Shown one piece after another: positions 38,351 through 46,057 of a DNA stretch of 64,000 nt. The DNA lies in NCBI GenBank assembly GCA_938003915.1, contig CALKWV010000076.1, positions 8,600-72,599 on the forward strand, given 5' to 3'. Position numbers and translations under genes: made by a program. Numbering within the stretch: position 1 is the first letter of the stretch; each line of letters starts with the position of its first letter. This stretch comes from an uncultured Bacillota bacterium (GTDB lineage Bacteria > Bacillota > Clostridia > Caldicoprobacterales > UBA3941). The notes below the pieces were generated by a model. It did not search any database and was not told the origin of the DNA. It worked only from the letters and a program-made list of their open reading frames with translations.

Positions 38351-39067
38351 TTGAAAGAAAAAATTATGGCTTTAAAGGTGGCTTTCCCATATACAATCCC
38401 TGTTTTAACAGGTTTTACTTTCTTGGGAATTGCTTACGGCATATTGATGAGCAGTAAAGGCTATGGTGCCGGATGGACGGTTTTGATGAGCCTAATGGTT
38501 TTTGCAGGATCAGCACAATATATTACAATTAATTTCCTTACAACGATTTTCAATCCTATTAATGCCTTTTTAATTACCCTAATGATAAATGCAAGACATT
38601 TATTTTATGGTATTTCAATGTTAGATAAATACAACGACTCTGGTAAATTAAAACCATACCTTATTTTCGGTCTGTGTGATGAAACCTTTTCTATTGTTTG
38701 TTCAACAGAAGCCCCAAAGGATGTAGATAAAGATTGGTTTTATTTTTTTATAACACTCCTAAACCATGCTTATTGGGTGTTAGGGTCTTTCCTAGGGGCA
38801 TGGCTAGGTTCTAAAATCTCTTTTAATACAAAAGGTCTTGATTTTGTCCTAACAGCTCTCTTTGTGGTAATATTCATTGGACAGTGGAAAAACAAAGAAA
38901 ACCGAAAACCCGCAATAGTAGGGGTTGTGTGCTCTATTATATGCTTAATTATATTCGGACAAGATAATTTTATTATTCCTTCCATGGCAGCCATATTAAT
39001 TGTATTAACAATATGGCGAAAAGAATTTATAAAAAAGGATATTCTAACAAAAGAGGGGATACAATGA
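38351..39067 (+). CDS. azlC: AzlC-family branched-chain amino acid exporter subunit
   Basis: Polytopic membrane protein with FAGSAQY and NARHLFYG motifs. TTG 38351 has AGAGGTG 6 nt upstream; the ORF track starts at GTG 38342. Confidence 0.85.
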   Translation: MKEKIMALKVAFPYTIPVLTGFTFLGIAYGILMSSKGYGAGWTVLMSLMVFAGSAQYITINFLTTIFNPINAFLITLMINARHLFYGISMLDKYNDSGKLKPYLIFGLCDETFSIVCSTEAPKDVDKDWFYFFITLLNHAYWVLGSFLGAWLGSKISFNTKGLDFVLTALFVVIFIGQWKNKENRKPAIVGVVCSIICLIIFGQDNFIIPSMAAILIVLTIWRKEFIKKDILTKEGIQ

Positions 39068-39399
39068 CTTTAACATCTACACAAACCATTCTTATCATTT
39101 GTATAGTAACACTGGGCACAATGATAACAAGATTTTTGCCTTTTATACTATTTAAGGGTAACAAGTCCAATAATACATACATCAAATATCTTGGACAGGT
39201 TTTACCCTATGCTACTATAGGTTTGCTAGTAGTATATTGCCTTAGAAATGTGAATTTTAAAACCCCATCCTATGGGTTTCCAGAAGCAATAGCTATTGTT
39301 TGCATTATAATACTTCATTATTGGAAAGAAAACACTCTTCTTAGTATTGGTGCAGGTACAGTTATATACATGATACTTGTTCAATTTGTTTTTGTTTAA
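39064..39399 (+). CDS. azlD: AzlD-family branched-chain amino acid transport protein
   Basis: 111-aa four-TM protein starting MTLTSTQTILIICIVTLGTMITRFLPF. It has an ATGA overlap with azlC; the ORF track starts at 39013 inside azlC. Confidence 0.85.
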   Translation: MTLTSTQTILIICIVTLGTMITRFLPFILFKGNKSNNTYIKYLGQVLPYATIGLLVVYCLRNVNFKTPSYGFPEAIAIVCIIILHYWKENTLLSIGAGTVIYMILVQFVFV

Positions 39400-39606
39400 A
39401 CAGCTTATTGACATAATATGCTTGTTCAACACCACTAACTAATATAATGGCTATTAGGTAGTGTGCAAACTCAACTGATCTGGCAAGAAACTTAACTTTT
39501 CCTTATTCTAAAATTAGTTAATTGGCAAACACTTAATAGCCATTTTATGCATTTAAAAAATGACTTTAGAAATATCACAATAGGTTAAATATGAATTAAA
39601 GTTAAC

Positions 39607-39635
39607 TTGACTTTGTAAAAAAATGTATATATAAT
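39607..39635 (+). promoter_or_regulatory. sigma-A promoter of the GntP-family permease gene
   Basis: TTGACT, 17 nt, TATAAT. Confidence 0.75.
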
Positions 39636-39647
39636 ATGTATGCAATA

Positions 39648-39684
39648 TTTTGATAATTCGTGCTTATCTAACGAATCATCAAAA
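39648..39684. promoter_or_regulatory. 14-bp-arm palindrome (candidate operator or leader hairpin)
   Basis: TTTTGATAATTCGT-9 nt-ACGAATCATCAAAA, with one mismatch. It lies between the promoter and the RBS. Confidence 0.5.
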
Positions 39685-39761
39685 TAACAATTTAACAATA
39701 AGGAGGTTTTCTGTATGTCTGGTATCCCCTAATTATTGCCTTTGTCATTGCTATTGCACTT

Positions 39762-41084
39762 ATGATCTATGCTATCTCTAAACTTAAAATCCATCCATTC
39801 CTATCTATTATGGCAATTTCTCTCATCTTTGCACTTGTAGCTGGTATTCCTCTAACGGAAATTCCCGATGTTATTGGAACTGGTTTTAGCAACACCTTTA
39901 AGAGTATTGGAATAGTTATTATTCTTGGTGCACTCATTGGTACATTACTAGAAAAAACTGGAGCTGCACTAAAAATGGCAGACGTAGTAGTCCGTGCGGT
40001 AGGAAAGAAAAGGCCTGAACTTGCAATGCTGATTATGGGCTGGATTGTATCTATACCCGTATTTTGTGACAGTGGTTTTGTTATTCTTAACCCCATTCGA
40101 AAAGCTATAGTAAAACGAACAGGAAGGTCTTCTGTTGCTAGTACCATTTCCCTATCTTTGGGGCTATACATTGCCCACTGTTTCATTCCTCCAACGCCTG
40201 GTCCAATAGCTGCTGCTAATACTTTATATACAGGTGCTGAACAAGATGTAAATCTTTTGTTGGTAATAATATTTGGTATATTAGCTTCAATCTTGCCACT
40301 TATAGCCAGTTATTTCTTTGCCTTATCAATCGGCAGAAGAATAAAAGACAGAGAAGAATTAGGCGAAACCAACGAAGAAGAGATTGTTCAATCTTATGAA
40401 GAGTTAGTTGCCAGCTATGGCAAGCTGCCAAATGCATGGATATCTTTTGCTCCTATTGTTGTTCCCATTATCTTAATGAGTCTTTCATCAGCCTTTGCCA
40501 TGGCTCAAATATCTATACCTATTATTACTTTCCTAGGAACTCCTATTATTGCTATCGCAGTTGGTGTTTTAATTGCTCTTTATATTTTATTGGTGCAAGA
40601 ACGCACTGGCGATTTTTATGAGCTTACTAATGAAACATTGAAGATAGCAGGTCCCATTCTGTTTATTACTGCAGCTGGTGGTGTTTTAGGAAATGTAATT
40701 GCAAATACCACCATGGTAGATTTTATTAAGGAAAATTCTACTGCCCTTGCTGCAATGGGTATGATGTTCCCCTTCTTGCTATCTGCTATTCTTAAAACTG
40801 CACAGGGATCTTCAACTGTTGCGCTTACAACCACAGCAGGAATTATAGCACCTATGCTAACATCAATTGGCCTTGCTACTCCTGAGCTAATAGCCCTAAC
40901 TGTAATTGCTATAGGTGCCGGAGCAATGACTGTATCCCATGCCAATGACAGCTATTTCTGGGTAGTAACCAACTTTGGTAATATGAGAGTGGAAGACGGA
41001 TATAAAACTCAAACTCTAGGTACTTTAATAGTGGGTATTGCATCAATTATCAATGTCTACATCCTCTATCTCTTTGTCAAATAA
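39762..41084 (+). CDS. GntP-family (gluconate/glycerate:H+) permease; the 5' end appears frameshifted (see findings)
   Basis: Polytopic, with GntP signatures (FCDSGFVILNP, TAQGSSTVALTTTAGI). ATG 39762 has no RBS. AAGGAGG plus ATG 39715 lie upstream in another frame. Confidence 0.85.
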   Translation: MIYAISKLKIHPFLSIMAISLIFALVAGIPLTEIPDVIGTGFSNTFKSIGIVIILGALIGTLLEKTGAALKMADVVVRAVGKKRPELAMLIMGWIVSIPVFCDSGFVILNPIRKAIVKRTGRSSVASTISLSLGLYIAHCFIPPTPGPIAAANTLYTGAEQDVNLLLVIIFGILASILPLIASYFFALSIGRRIKDREELGETNEEEIVQSYEELVASYGKLPNAWISFAPIVVPIILMSLSSAFAMAQISIPIITFLGTPIIAIAVGVLIALYILLVQERTGDFYELTNETLKIAGPILFITAAGGVLGNVIANTTMVDFIKENSTALAAMGMMFPFLLSAILKTAQGSSTVALTTTAGIIAPMLTSIGLATPELIALTVIAIGAGAMTVSHANDSYFWVVTNFGNMRVEDGYKTQTLGTLIVGIASIINVYILYLFVK

Positions 41085-41192
41085 AGTATAAGTATTTATT
41101 AGATTAAGTGTAGGAGAAATGATTCGTTTATGATATATAAAAATACATTTTAATGTTTATAATAATTTAGTATAATTAGCCTATAAGTCAAC

Positions 41193-41216
41193 GCCAAAGC
41201 ATATGCTTTGGCTTTT
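41193..41216 (+). terminator. hairpin terminator between the permease and glycerate kinase genes
   Basis: GCCAAAGCATATGCTTTGGC palindrome followed by TTTT. Confidence 0.7.
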
Positions 41217-41268
41217 CATAAACTATTAAAAAATAAATGATACTACAAATGATACAACATGGGAAGGT

Positions 41269-42510
41269 GTGATTTCTTTGGGTTTAAAAGAAGATGCTAA
41301 TAAAATCATTGATTCTGCTATAAAAGCAGCTCTACCTGATACAGCTGTAAAAAAAGCATTAAAGGAATTGGATATGCCAAAAGGAAGATTGCTACTGGTA
41401 TCCATAGGAAAAGCAGCCTGGTCCATGGCTAAAGCAGCCAGTGATATATTAGGTAACAGCATTGATGAAGGTATTGTTATTACTAAGTATAATCATTCAC
41501 AAGGTGAACTGCCTAATATTCACATTTATGAAGCTGGTCATCCTGTGCCTGACGAGAATTCCTTTACCGCAACAGAACAAGCAATACAGCTAGTATCTAA
41601 TCTTACACAAGATGATTTAGTTCTCTTTCTCATATCAGGTGGTGGTTCCGCACTGTTTGAAAAACCCCTGGTTTCTCAGGAAACATTGGAAGATATAACT
41701 AAACAATTACTAGCTTCAGGTGCTGATATTGTAGAAATCAATACCATACGTAAAAGGCTGTCGGCCGTTAAAGGAGGAAAATTTGCCAAGCTTTGTGAGC
41801 CAGCACAAGTTTTTTCTGTGGTACTTTCAGATATAATAGGTGATCCATTGGATATGATAGCTTCTGGACCAGCTTACCCAGACCAGTCAACTAGTGAGCA
41901 AGCCCTAGAAATTGTAAAAAAATATAATCTTTCTATTTCCAAAGAAGTAGAAGAATTGCTTAAAGTTGAAACTCCCGATACAATTACCAATGTAAAAACA
42001 ATGATAACGGGTAGTGTTAGCCAGCTTTGCGCCGCCGCTGAAAAAACTTGTAGAGAGCTAGGTTATGAACCTGTCGTATTAACTGCCAGTCTAAGCTGCC
42101 AAGCAAGAGAGGCAGGTAGTTTCTTAGCGTCTATTGCCCAATACTATAATAAATCAGACAAATCCCTAGCCTTTATAGCTGGTGGAGAAACCGTTGTACA
42201 TGTAAAAGGTACAGGAAAAGGGGGACGTAATCAAGAACTTGCACTTTCAGCTGCTCAGGGAATTTCAGGTCTAGACAATATTGCAATCTTTTCCATAGGC
42301 TCTGATGGTACTGATGGTCCTACTGATGCTGCTGGGGGCTATGTAGATACAAATACTGAAAAAGTTCTTGCTGAAAAAGGTATATCAATATTTGATGTAT
42401 TAGAGAACAATGATGCCTATAACGCTCTTAAGCAATGTGATGGACTAATCATTACAGGTCCTACTGGCACCAATGTAAATGATTTATCGGTGTTATTAAT
42501 TAAAAGATGA
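41269..42510 (+). CDS. glycerate 2-kinase (DUF4147 + MOFRL, GckA/TtuD family)
   Basis: GKAAWSMA, ISGGGSALFE, GGETVV and GSDGTDGPTDAAG are family motifs. The start may be TTG 41278 (GGAAGG 10 nt upstream) rather than GTG 41269. Confidence 0.85.
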   Translation: MISLGLKEDANKIIDSAIKAALPDTAVKKALKELDMPKGRLLLVSIGKAAWSMAKAASDILGNSIDEGIVITKYNHSQGELPNIHIYEAGHPVPDENSFTATEQAIQLVSNLTQDDLVLFLISGGGSALFEKPLVSQETLEDITKQLLASGADIVEINTIRKRLSAVKGGKFAKLCEPAQVFSVVLSDIIGDPLDMIASGPAYPDQSTSEQALEIVKKYNLSISKEVEELLKVETPDTITNVKTMITGSVSQLCAAAEKTCRELGYEPVVLTASLSCQAREAGSFLASIAQYYNKSDKSLAFIAGGETVVHVKGTGKGGRNQELALSAAQGISGLDNIAIFSIGSDGTDGPTDAAGGYVDTNTEKVLAEKGISIFDVLENNDAYNALKQCDGLIITGPTGTNVNDLSVLLIKR

Positions 42511-42523
42511 CCAAAGTGTATTA

Positions 42524-42563
42524 AAAAAGCTGATGTAGAGTTAACTCTACATCAGCTTTTTTC
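42524..42563 (+). terminator. rho-independent terminator after glycerate kinase
   Basis: AGCTGATGTAGAG-ttaa-CTCTACATCAGCT followed by TTTTTT. Confidence 0.92.
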
Positions 42564-42668
42564 TCTTTGTATAAACAATTATCATAAACAAAAAATATCT
42601 AAGTCTGATAATACTAATAATATATTAACTAGTTCATAATTTAATCGGTGCCTAAAACGGAGCCAATA

Positions 42669-42700
42669 CAAAAAAAGATTTCAACATATCAGTTGAAATC
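42669..42700 (-). terminator. rho-independent terminator of the tRNA operon
   Basis: On the minus strand: GATTTCAAC-6 nt-GTTGAAATC followed by TTTTTTT. Confidence 0.88.
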
Positions 42701-42708
42701 CTTGATAC

Positions 42709-42798
42709 TGGTGCCGGAGACCGGAATCGAACCGGTACGGTTTTATTCAAACCGCAGGATTTTAAGTCCTGTGCGTCTGCCAGTTCCGCCACTCCGGC
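42709..42798 (-). tRNA. tRNA-Leu (anticodon TAA), class II with long variable arm
   Basis: The reverse complement reads GCCGGAGTGGCGGAACTGGCAGACGCACAGGACTTAAAATCCTGCGG...GGTTCGATTCCGGTCTCCGGCACCA. The anticodon loop is CT-TAA-AA and the CCA end is encoded. Confidence 0.93.
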
Positions 42799-42805
42799 AA
42801 ATTAA

Positions 42806-42880
42806 TGGAGGCGGCACCCAGATTCGAACTGGGGAATAAAGGATTTGCAGTCCTCTGCCTTACCACTTGGCTATGCCGCC
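42806..42880 (-). tRNA. tRNA-Cys (anticodon GCA)
   Basis: The reverse complement reads GGCGGCATAGCCAAGTGGTAAGGCAGAGGACTGCAAATCCTTTATTCCCCAGTTCGAATCTGGGTGCCGCCTCCA. The anticodon loop is CT-GCA-AA. Confidence 0.93.
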
Positions 42881-42887
42881 ATTTTAG

Positions 42888-42962
42888 TGGAGCGGAAGAC
42901 GGGATTCGAACCCGCGACATTCGCCTTGGCAAGGCGACGCTCTACCACTGAGCCACTCCCGC
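42888..42962 (-). tRNA. tRNA-Gly (anticodon GCC)
   Basis: The reverse complement reads GCGGGAGTGGCTCAGTGGTAGAGCGTCGCCTTGCCAAGGCGAATGTCGCGGGTTCGAATCCCGTCTTCCGCTCCA. The anticodon loop is TT-GCC-AA. Confidence 0.93.
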
Positions 42963-42970
42963 TTATATTC

Positions 42971-43046
42971 TGGTGCCTCGGGGCAGAATCGAACCACCGA
43001 CACGCAGATTTTCAGTCTGCTGCTCTACCAACTGAGCTACCGAGGC
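42971..43046 (-). tRNA. tRNA-Phe (anticodon GAA)
   Basis: The reverse complement reads GCCTCGGTAGCTCAGTTGGTAGAGCAGCAGACTGAAAATCTGCGTGTCGGTGGTTCGATTCTGCCCCGAGGCACCA. The anticodon loop is CT-GAA-AA. Confidence 0.93.
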
Positions 43047-43054
43047 AAAATTTA

Positions 43055-43131
43055 TGGCGACCCGGAAGGGACTCGAACCCTCGACCTCCAGCGTGACAGG
43101 CTGGCATTCTAACCAGCTGAACTACCGGGCC
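43055..43131 (-). tRNA. tRNA-Asp (anticodon GTC)
   Basis: The reverse complement reads GGCCCGGTAGTTCAGCTGGTTAGAATGCCAGCCTGTCACGCTGGAGGTCGAGGGTTCGAGTCCCTTCCGGGTCGCCA. The anticodon loop is CT-GTC-AC. Confidence 0.93.
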
Positions 43132-43166
43132 TAATAAGCCATTTATATTCCCGAGGAACAAGTGAA

Positions 43167-43195
43167 ATTATATAATAAAAAATATGAAAAGTCAA
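43167..43195 (-). promoter_or_regulatory. sigma-A promoter of the Asp-Phe-Gly-Cys-Leu tRNA operon
   Basis: On the minus strand: TTGACT, 17 nt, TATAAT, about 35 nt upstream of tRNA-Asp. Confidence 0.8.
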
Positions 43196-43277
43196 CGCCT
43201 ATTTAAGTCGATTATAGCCTTATATCTTATGTTTACTCTCCCATCCTGCTATTTTCTTTGCGAAACAATCTTTAAAA

Positions 43278-43943
43278 TCACTCTTTCGCCTTTTTGCTTC
43301 TTTTTTCTAATTCGTCAAATACGCAATCTAGGGGTATATCTTGTTCCACTAAAACCACCATAAGATGATAGATTAGATCTCCAATCTCGTATACAACCTC
43401 GTAAGGAGATCTATTTTTAGCCGCTATAATCACTTCAGCAGATTCTTCTCCTACCTTTTTTAAGATTTTATCAAGCCCTTCATTAAATAAGTAACAGGTA
43501 TAAGATCCTTCTTTGGGATATTTTTTACGATCCATTATGGTATTATATACAGCTTGTAAAATTTTAGATTTTTCGTGCACTCCTATATATCTATCCTCTA
43601 ATTTATCCCCTTTTAGTTTCCTATAAAAACAGGATCTATTGCCAGTATGACATGCCCATCCCTTTTGTTTCACCTTTATTAAAAGAGTATCCTTATCACA
43701 GTCAATATATATTTCTTCTACTTTCTGAACATTTCCAGATGTTTGACCTTTTTGCCACAATTCTTGTCGACTTCTACTCCAAAAATGGGTTATGCCAGTT
43801 TCTATTGTTTTTCTCAATGATTCACGATTCATATAGGCCATCATTAAAACTTCACAACTATTTGCATCTTGTATGATTGCTGGAACTAAGCCTTGTTCAT
43901 TATATTTTATATTATTTATTATATCAATAGTATTCATATCCAT
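43278..43943 (-). CDS. hisIE: bifunctional phosphoribosyl-AMP cyclohydrolase / phosphoribosyl-ATP pyrophosphatase
   Basis: HisI part (GLVPAIIQD...MMAYMN...[16 protein letters not shown]...CHTG..SCF) fused to a HisE part ([14 protein letters not shown]...DLIYHLMV). Confidence 0.93.
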   Translation of the reverse strand: MDMNTIDIINNIKYNEQGLVPAIIQDANSCEVLMMAYMNRESLRKTIETGITHFWSRSRQELWQKGQTSGNVQKVEEIYIDCDKDTLLIKVKQKGWACHTGNRSCFYRKLKGDKLEDRYIGVHEKSKILQAVYNTIMDRKKYPKEGSYTCYLFNEGLDKILKKVGEESAEVIIAAKNRSPYEVVYEIGDLIYHLMVVLVEQDIPLDCVFDELEKRSKKAKE

Positions 43944-43946
43944 GAT

Positions 43947-44720
43947 TTACAATCCCTCACCCCTAAGAACATTTACTCCTCTTTCCTGTAAATATTTTTT
44001 TAACTGCCCTATTTCAATTTCCTTGAAATGAAATAGAGAAGCAGCCAAAACTGCATTGGCTCCACCTTCATTAATGGCATGGAAAAAATGTTCTAATTTC
44101 CCTGCACCACCTGAGGCTATTACTGGTATTTTTACTCGCTGAGTAAGGGCTTTAAGCAGCGGTATGTCATATCCAGATTTTGTACCATCCTTGTCTATGC
44201 TGGTTAATAATATCTCCCCTGCTCCTAGGCTTTCTACTTCTACCGCCCATTGAACTGCGTCCATATGTGTATCTGTCTTACCGCTGTCTATAATTACCGA
44301 CCAACTTTTTTGATGATTATCTTTTTGTTTAGCATCTATAGCTACAATAATATACTTCCTTCCTAGCTTAGACGCTACCTGAGAAATTAATTGAGGATTT
44401 CTATAAGCAGCTGAATTAATTACAACTTTGGAAGCTCCTTTAGCCAATAGTTCTTCAATATCTTGAAAAGTTTTAATTCCACCGCCAGCGATTAAAGGAA
44501 TAGAAATCTCCCTAGTAATTTTTTTGACCAATTTTAAGAATGTATCATATGACTCAGTTGATGAAGCAACATTTAATAAAAAGATCTCATCAGCCCCTGC
44601 TTTATCATAGGCTTTAACAATTTCTACTGGATCTCCTGCATCTTTTAGATTTTCAAACTGTACCCCTTTAACAACTCTTCCTTTTTTTATATCCAAACAA
44701 GGAATAATTCTTATATTCAT
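43947..44720 (-). CDS. hisF: imidazole glycerol phosphate synthase, cyclase subunit
   Basis: [31 protein letters not shown] and ASGGAG motifs. ATGA overlap with hisA. Confidence 0.95.
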   Translation of the reverse strand: MNIRIIPCLDIKKGRVVKGVQFENLKDAGDPVEIVKAYDKAGADEIFLLNVASSTESYDTFLKLVKKITREISIPLIAGGGIKTFQDIEELLAKGASKVVINSAAYRNPQLISQVASKLGRKYIIVAIDAKQKDNHQKSWSVIIDSGKTDTHMDAVQWAVEVESLGAGEILLTSIDKDGTKSGYDIPLLKALTQRVKIPVIASGGAGKLEHFFHAINEGGANAVLAASLFHFKEIEIGQLKKYLQERGVNVLRGEGL

Positions 44721-45442
44721 ATTTGTTCCCCCTCGTACTGAAGAGCTTCATCAAGTAAAATGTCTCCTGTATACAATGCTTTACCAATAATTACTCCTGT
44801 AACTCCTATTTCCTTCAATGCTTTAATATCTTCCAGTCTACTAACGCCACCTGAGGCTATTACATTTAAATTTGTCTCTCTAACCATTCTGTCTATAGCC
44901 TGAAAGTTAGGACCTGAAAGCATACCATCTTTAGAAATGTCCGTAAAAATAACAGTTCTTACTCCTTTTTCTTCAAGCTGTTTTGCAAAACAAATAAAGT
45001 CAATTTCAGTCTCTTCTATCCATCCTTGAATAGCTACTTTTCCGCTTTTTGTATCAATGCTAACTGCAATTCTTTGTCCATGTTTCTCCAAGGCTTTTTC
45101 TAATAGTCTAGGCTGAGTTATTGCAGATGTACCTAGTATAATCCTTTTAACTTTAGGATTCCTTAAAAAAATATCTATCTTATCTAATGTACGAAATCCG
45201 CCACCAATTTGTATAGGTATTGAAATAGTATCAATAATCTCATTGATAACTTTAAGATTATTAGGTTCTCCGTAAAAAGCTCCATCCAGATCTACTATAT
45301 GTAAAATCTTAGCACCCATACTCTCCCATTTTAAAGCAACCTGTACAGGATTGTCATCATATACAGTTTTTTGATTTTTATCCCCTTGCACTAGGCGAAC
45401 ACATTTACCATCTTTTATATCAATTGCAGGATATATATACAT
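44717..45442 (-). CDS. hisA: ProFAR isomerase
   Basis: IYPAIDIKDGKCVRLVQGD, HIVDLDGA and TDISKDGMLSGPN motifs. Confidence 0.95.
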   Translation of the reverse strand: MYIYPAIDIKDGKCVRLVQGDKNQKTVYDDNPVQVALKWESMGAKILHIVDLDGAFYGEPNNLKVINEIIDTISIPIQIGGGFRTLDKIDIFLRNPKVKRIILGTSAITQPRLLEKALEKHGQRIAVSIDTKSGKVAIQGWIEETEIDFICFAKQLEEKGVRTVIFTDISKDGMLSGPNFQAIDRMVRETNLNVIASGGVSRLEDIKALKEIGVTGVIIGKALYTGDILLDEALQYEGEQI

Positions 45443-45459
45443 ACCTTAACCCCTTTTCT

Positions 45460-46056
45460 TTAATCTAGCATTCCTTTTGTAGAAGGAACTATATCTCTTT
45501 GATTAGAGGAAGCATCAATATAAATTGCTTGCTTTATAGCTCTACCTAAAGCTTTAAATATGCCTTCAATAATATGATGAGTATTTCTTCCATATAGCAC
45601 TCTCACATGAAGAGTTAGTCCGAGATGTGTAGAAAAGGCCCTTAAAAATTCTTCCAATAACTGTGTGTCAAAATCTCCTACAAAATCCGAAAGCGTGGGA
45701 GTCTCAAGATGTAAATAAGGTCTGCCGCTAATATCCAAACTAATCTCAGTGAGAGATTCATCCATTGGAATTGACGCATAACCATATCTGTTTATATCTT
45801 TTCTATCTCCAAGAGCCTGTCTAAAAGCTTGCCCCATGACAATCCCTATATCTTCTACACTATGATGTCCGTCTACCTGTAAATCTCCAATACAGTATAC
45901 TTTAAGATTAAAGCCACCATGGGCTGCAAAAAGGCTAAGCATATGGTCAAAGAAACCTATACCTGAATCTACCTCTACGTTACCACTTTCATCAAGGTTA
46001 ACTTGAACCCTGACATGGGTCTCCAAGGATTTTCTCTCAACTTCCCCTGTTCGCAT
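45460..46056 (-). CDS. hisB: imidazoleglycerol-phosphate dehydratase
   Basis: GIGFFDHML, DGHHSVEDIGI and NTHHIIEGIFKA motifs. ATG 46056 has GAGGTG 6 nt upstream; the ORF track starts at GTG 46065. Confidence 0.95.
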   Translation of the reverse strand: MRTGEVERKSLETHVRVQVNLDESGNVEVDSGIGFFDHMLSLFAAHGGFNLKVYCIGDLQVDGHHSVEDIGIVMGQAFRQALGDRKDINRYGYASIPMDESLTEISLDISGRPYLHLETPTLSDFVGDFDTQLLEEFLRAFSTHLGLTLHVRVLYGRNTHHIIEGIFKALGRAIKQAIYIDASSNQRDIVPSTKGMLD

Positions 46057-46057
46057 C

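Noticed and set aside
39767-40186. Antisense ORFs inside well-supported genes. This one is an example; others are 3586-3795, 10072-10497, 10660-10995, 16970-17305, 40616-40945, 46725-47099, 48490-48834, 58367-58678 and the many 60-95 aa ones.
   Set aside because: Each is fully embedded opposite a CDS with strong family motifs. They lack RBSs and have low-complexity or odd composition. I treat them as non-coding shadows.
42648-43096. Two + strand ORFs (63 and 83 aa) in the ORF track.
   Set aside because: They lie entirely across five minus-strand tRNA genes with clear cloverleaf sequences, so they are artefacts of GC-rich tRNA DNA.
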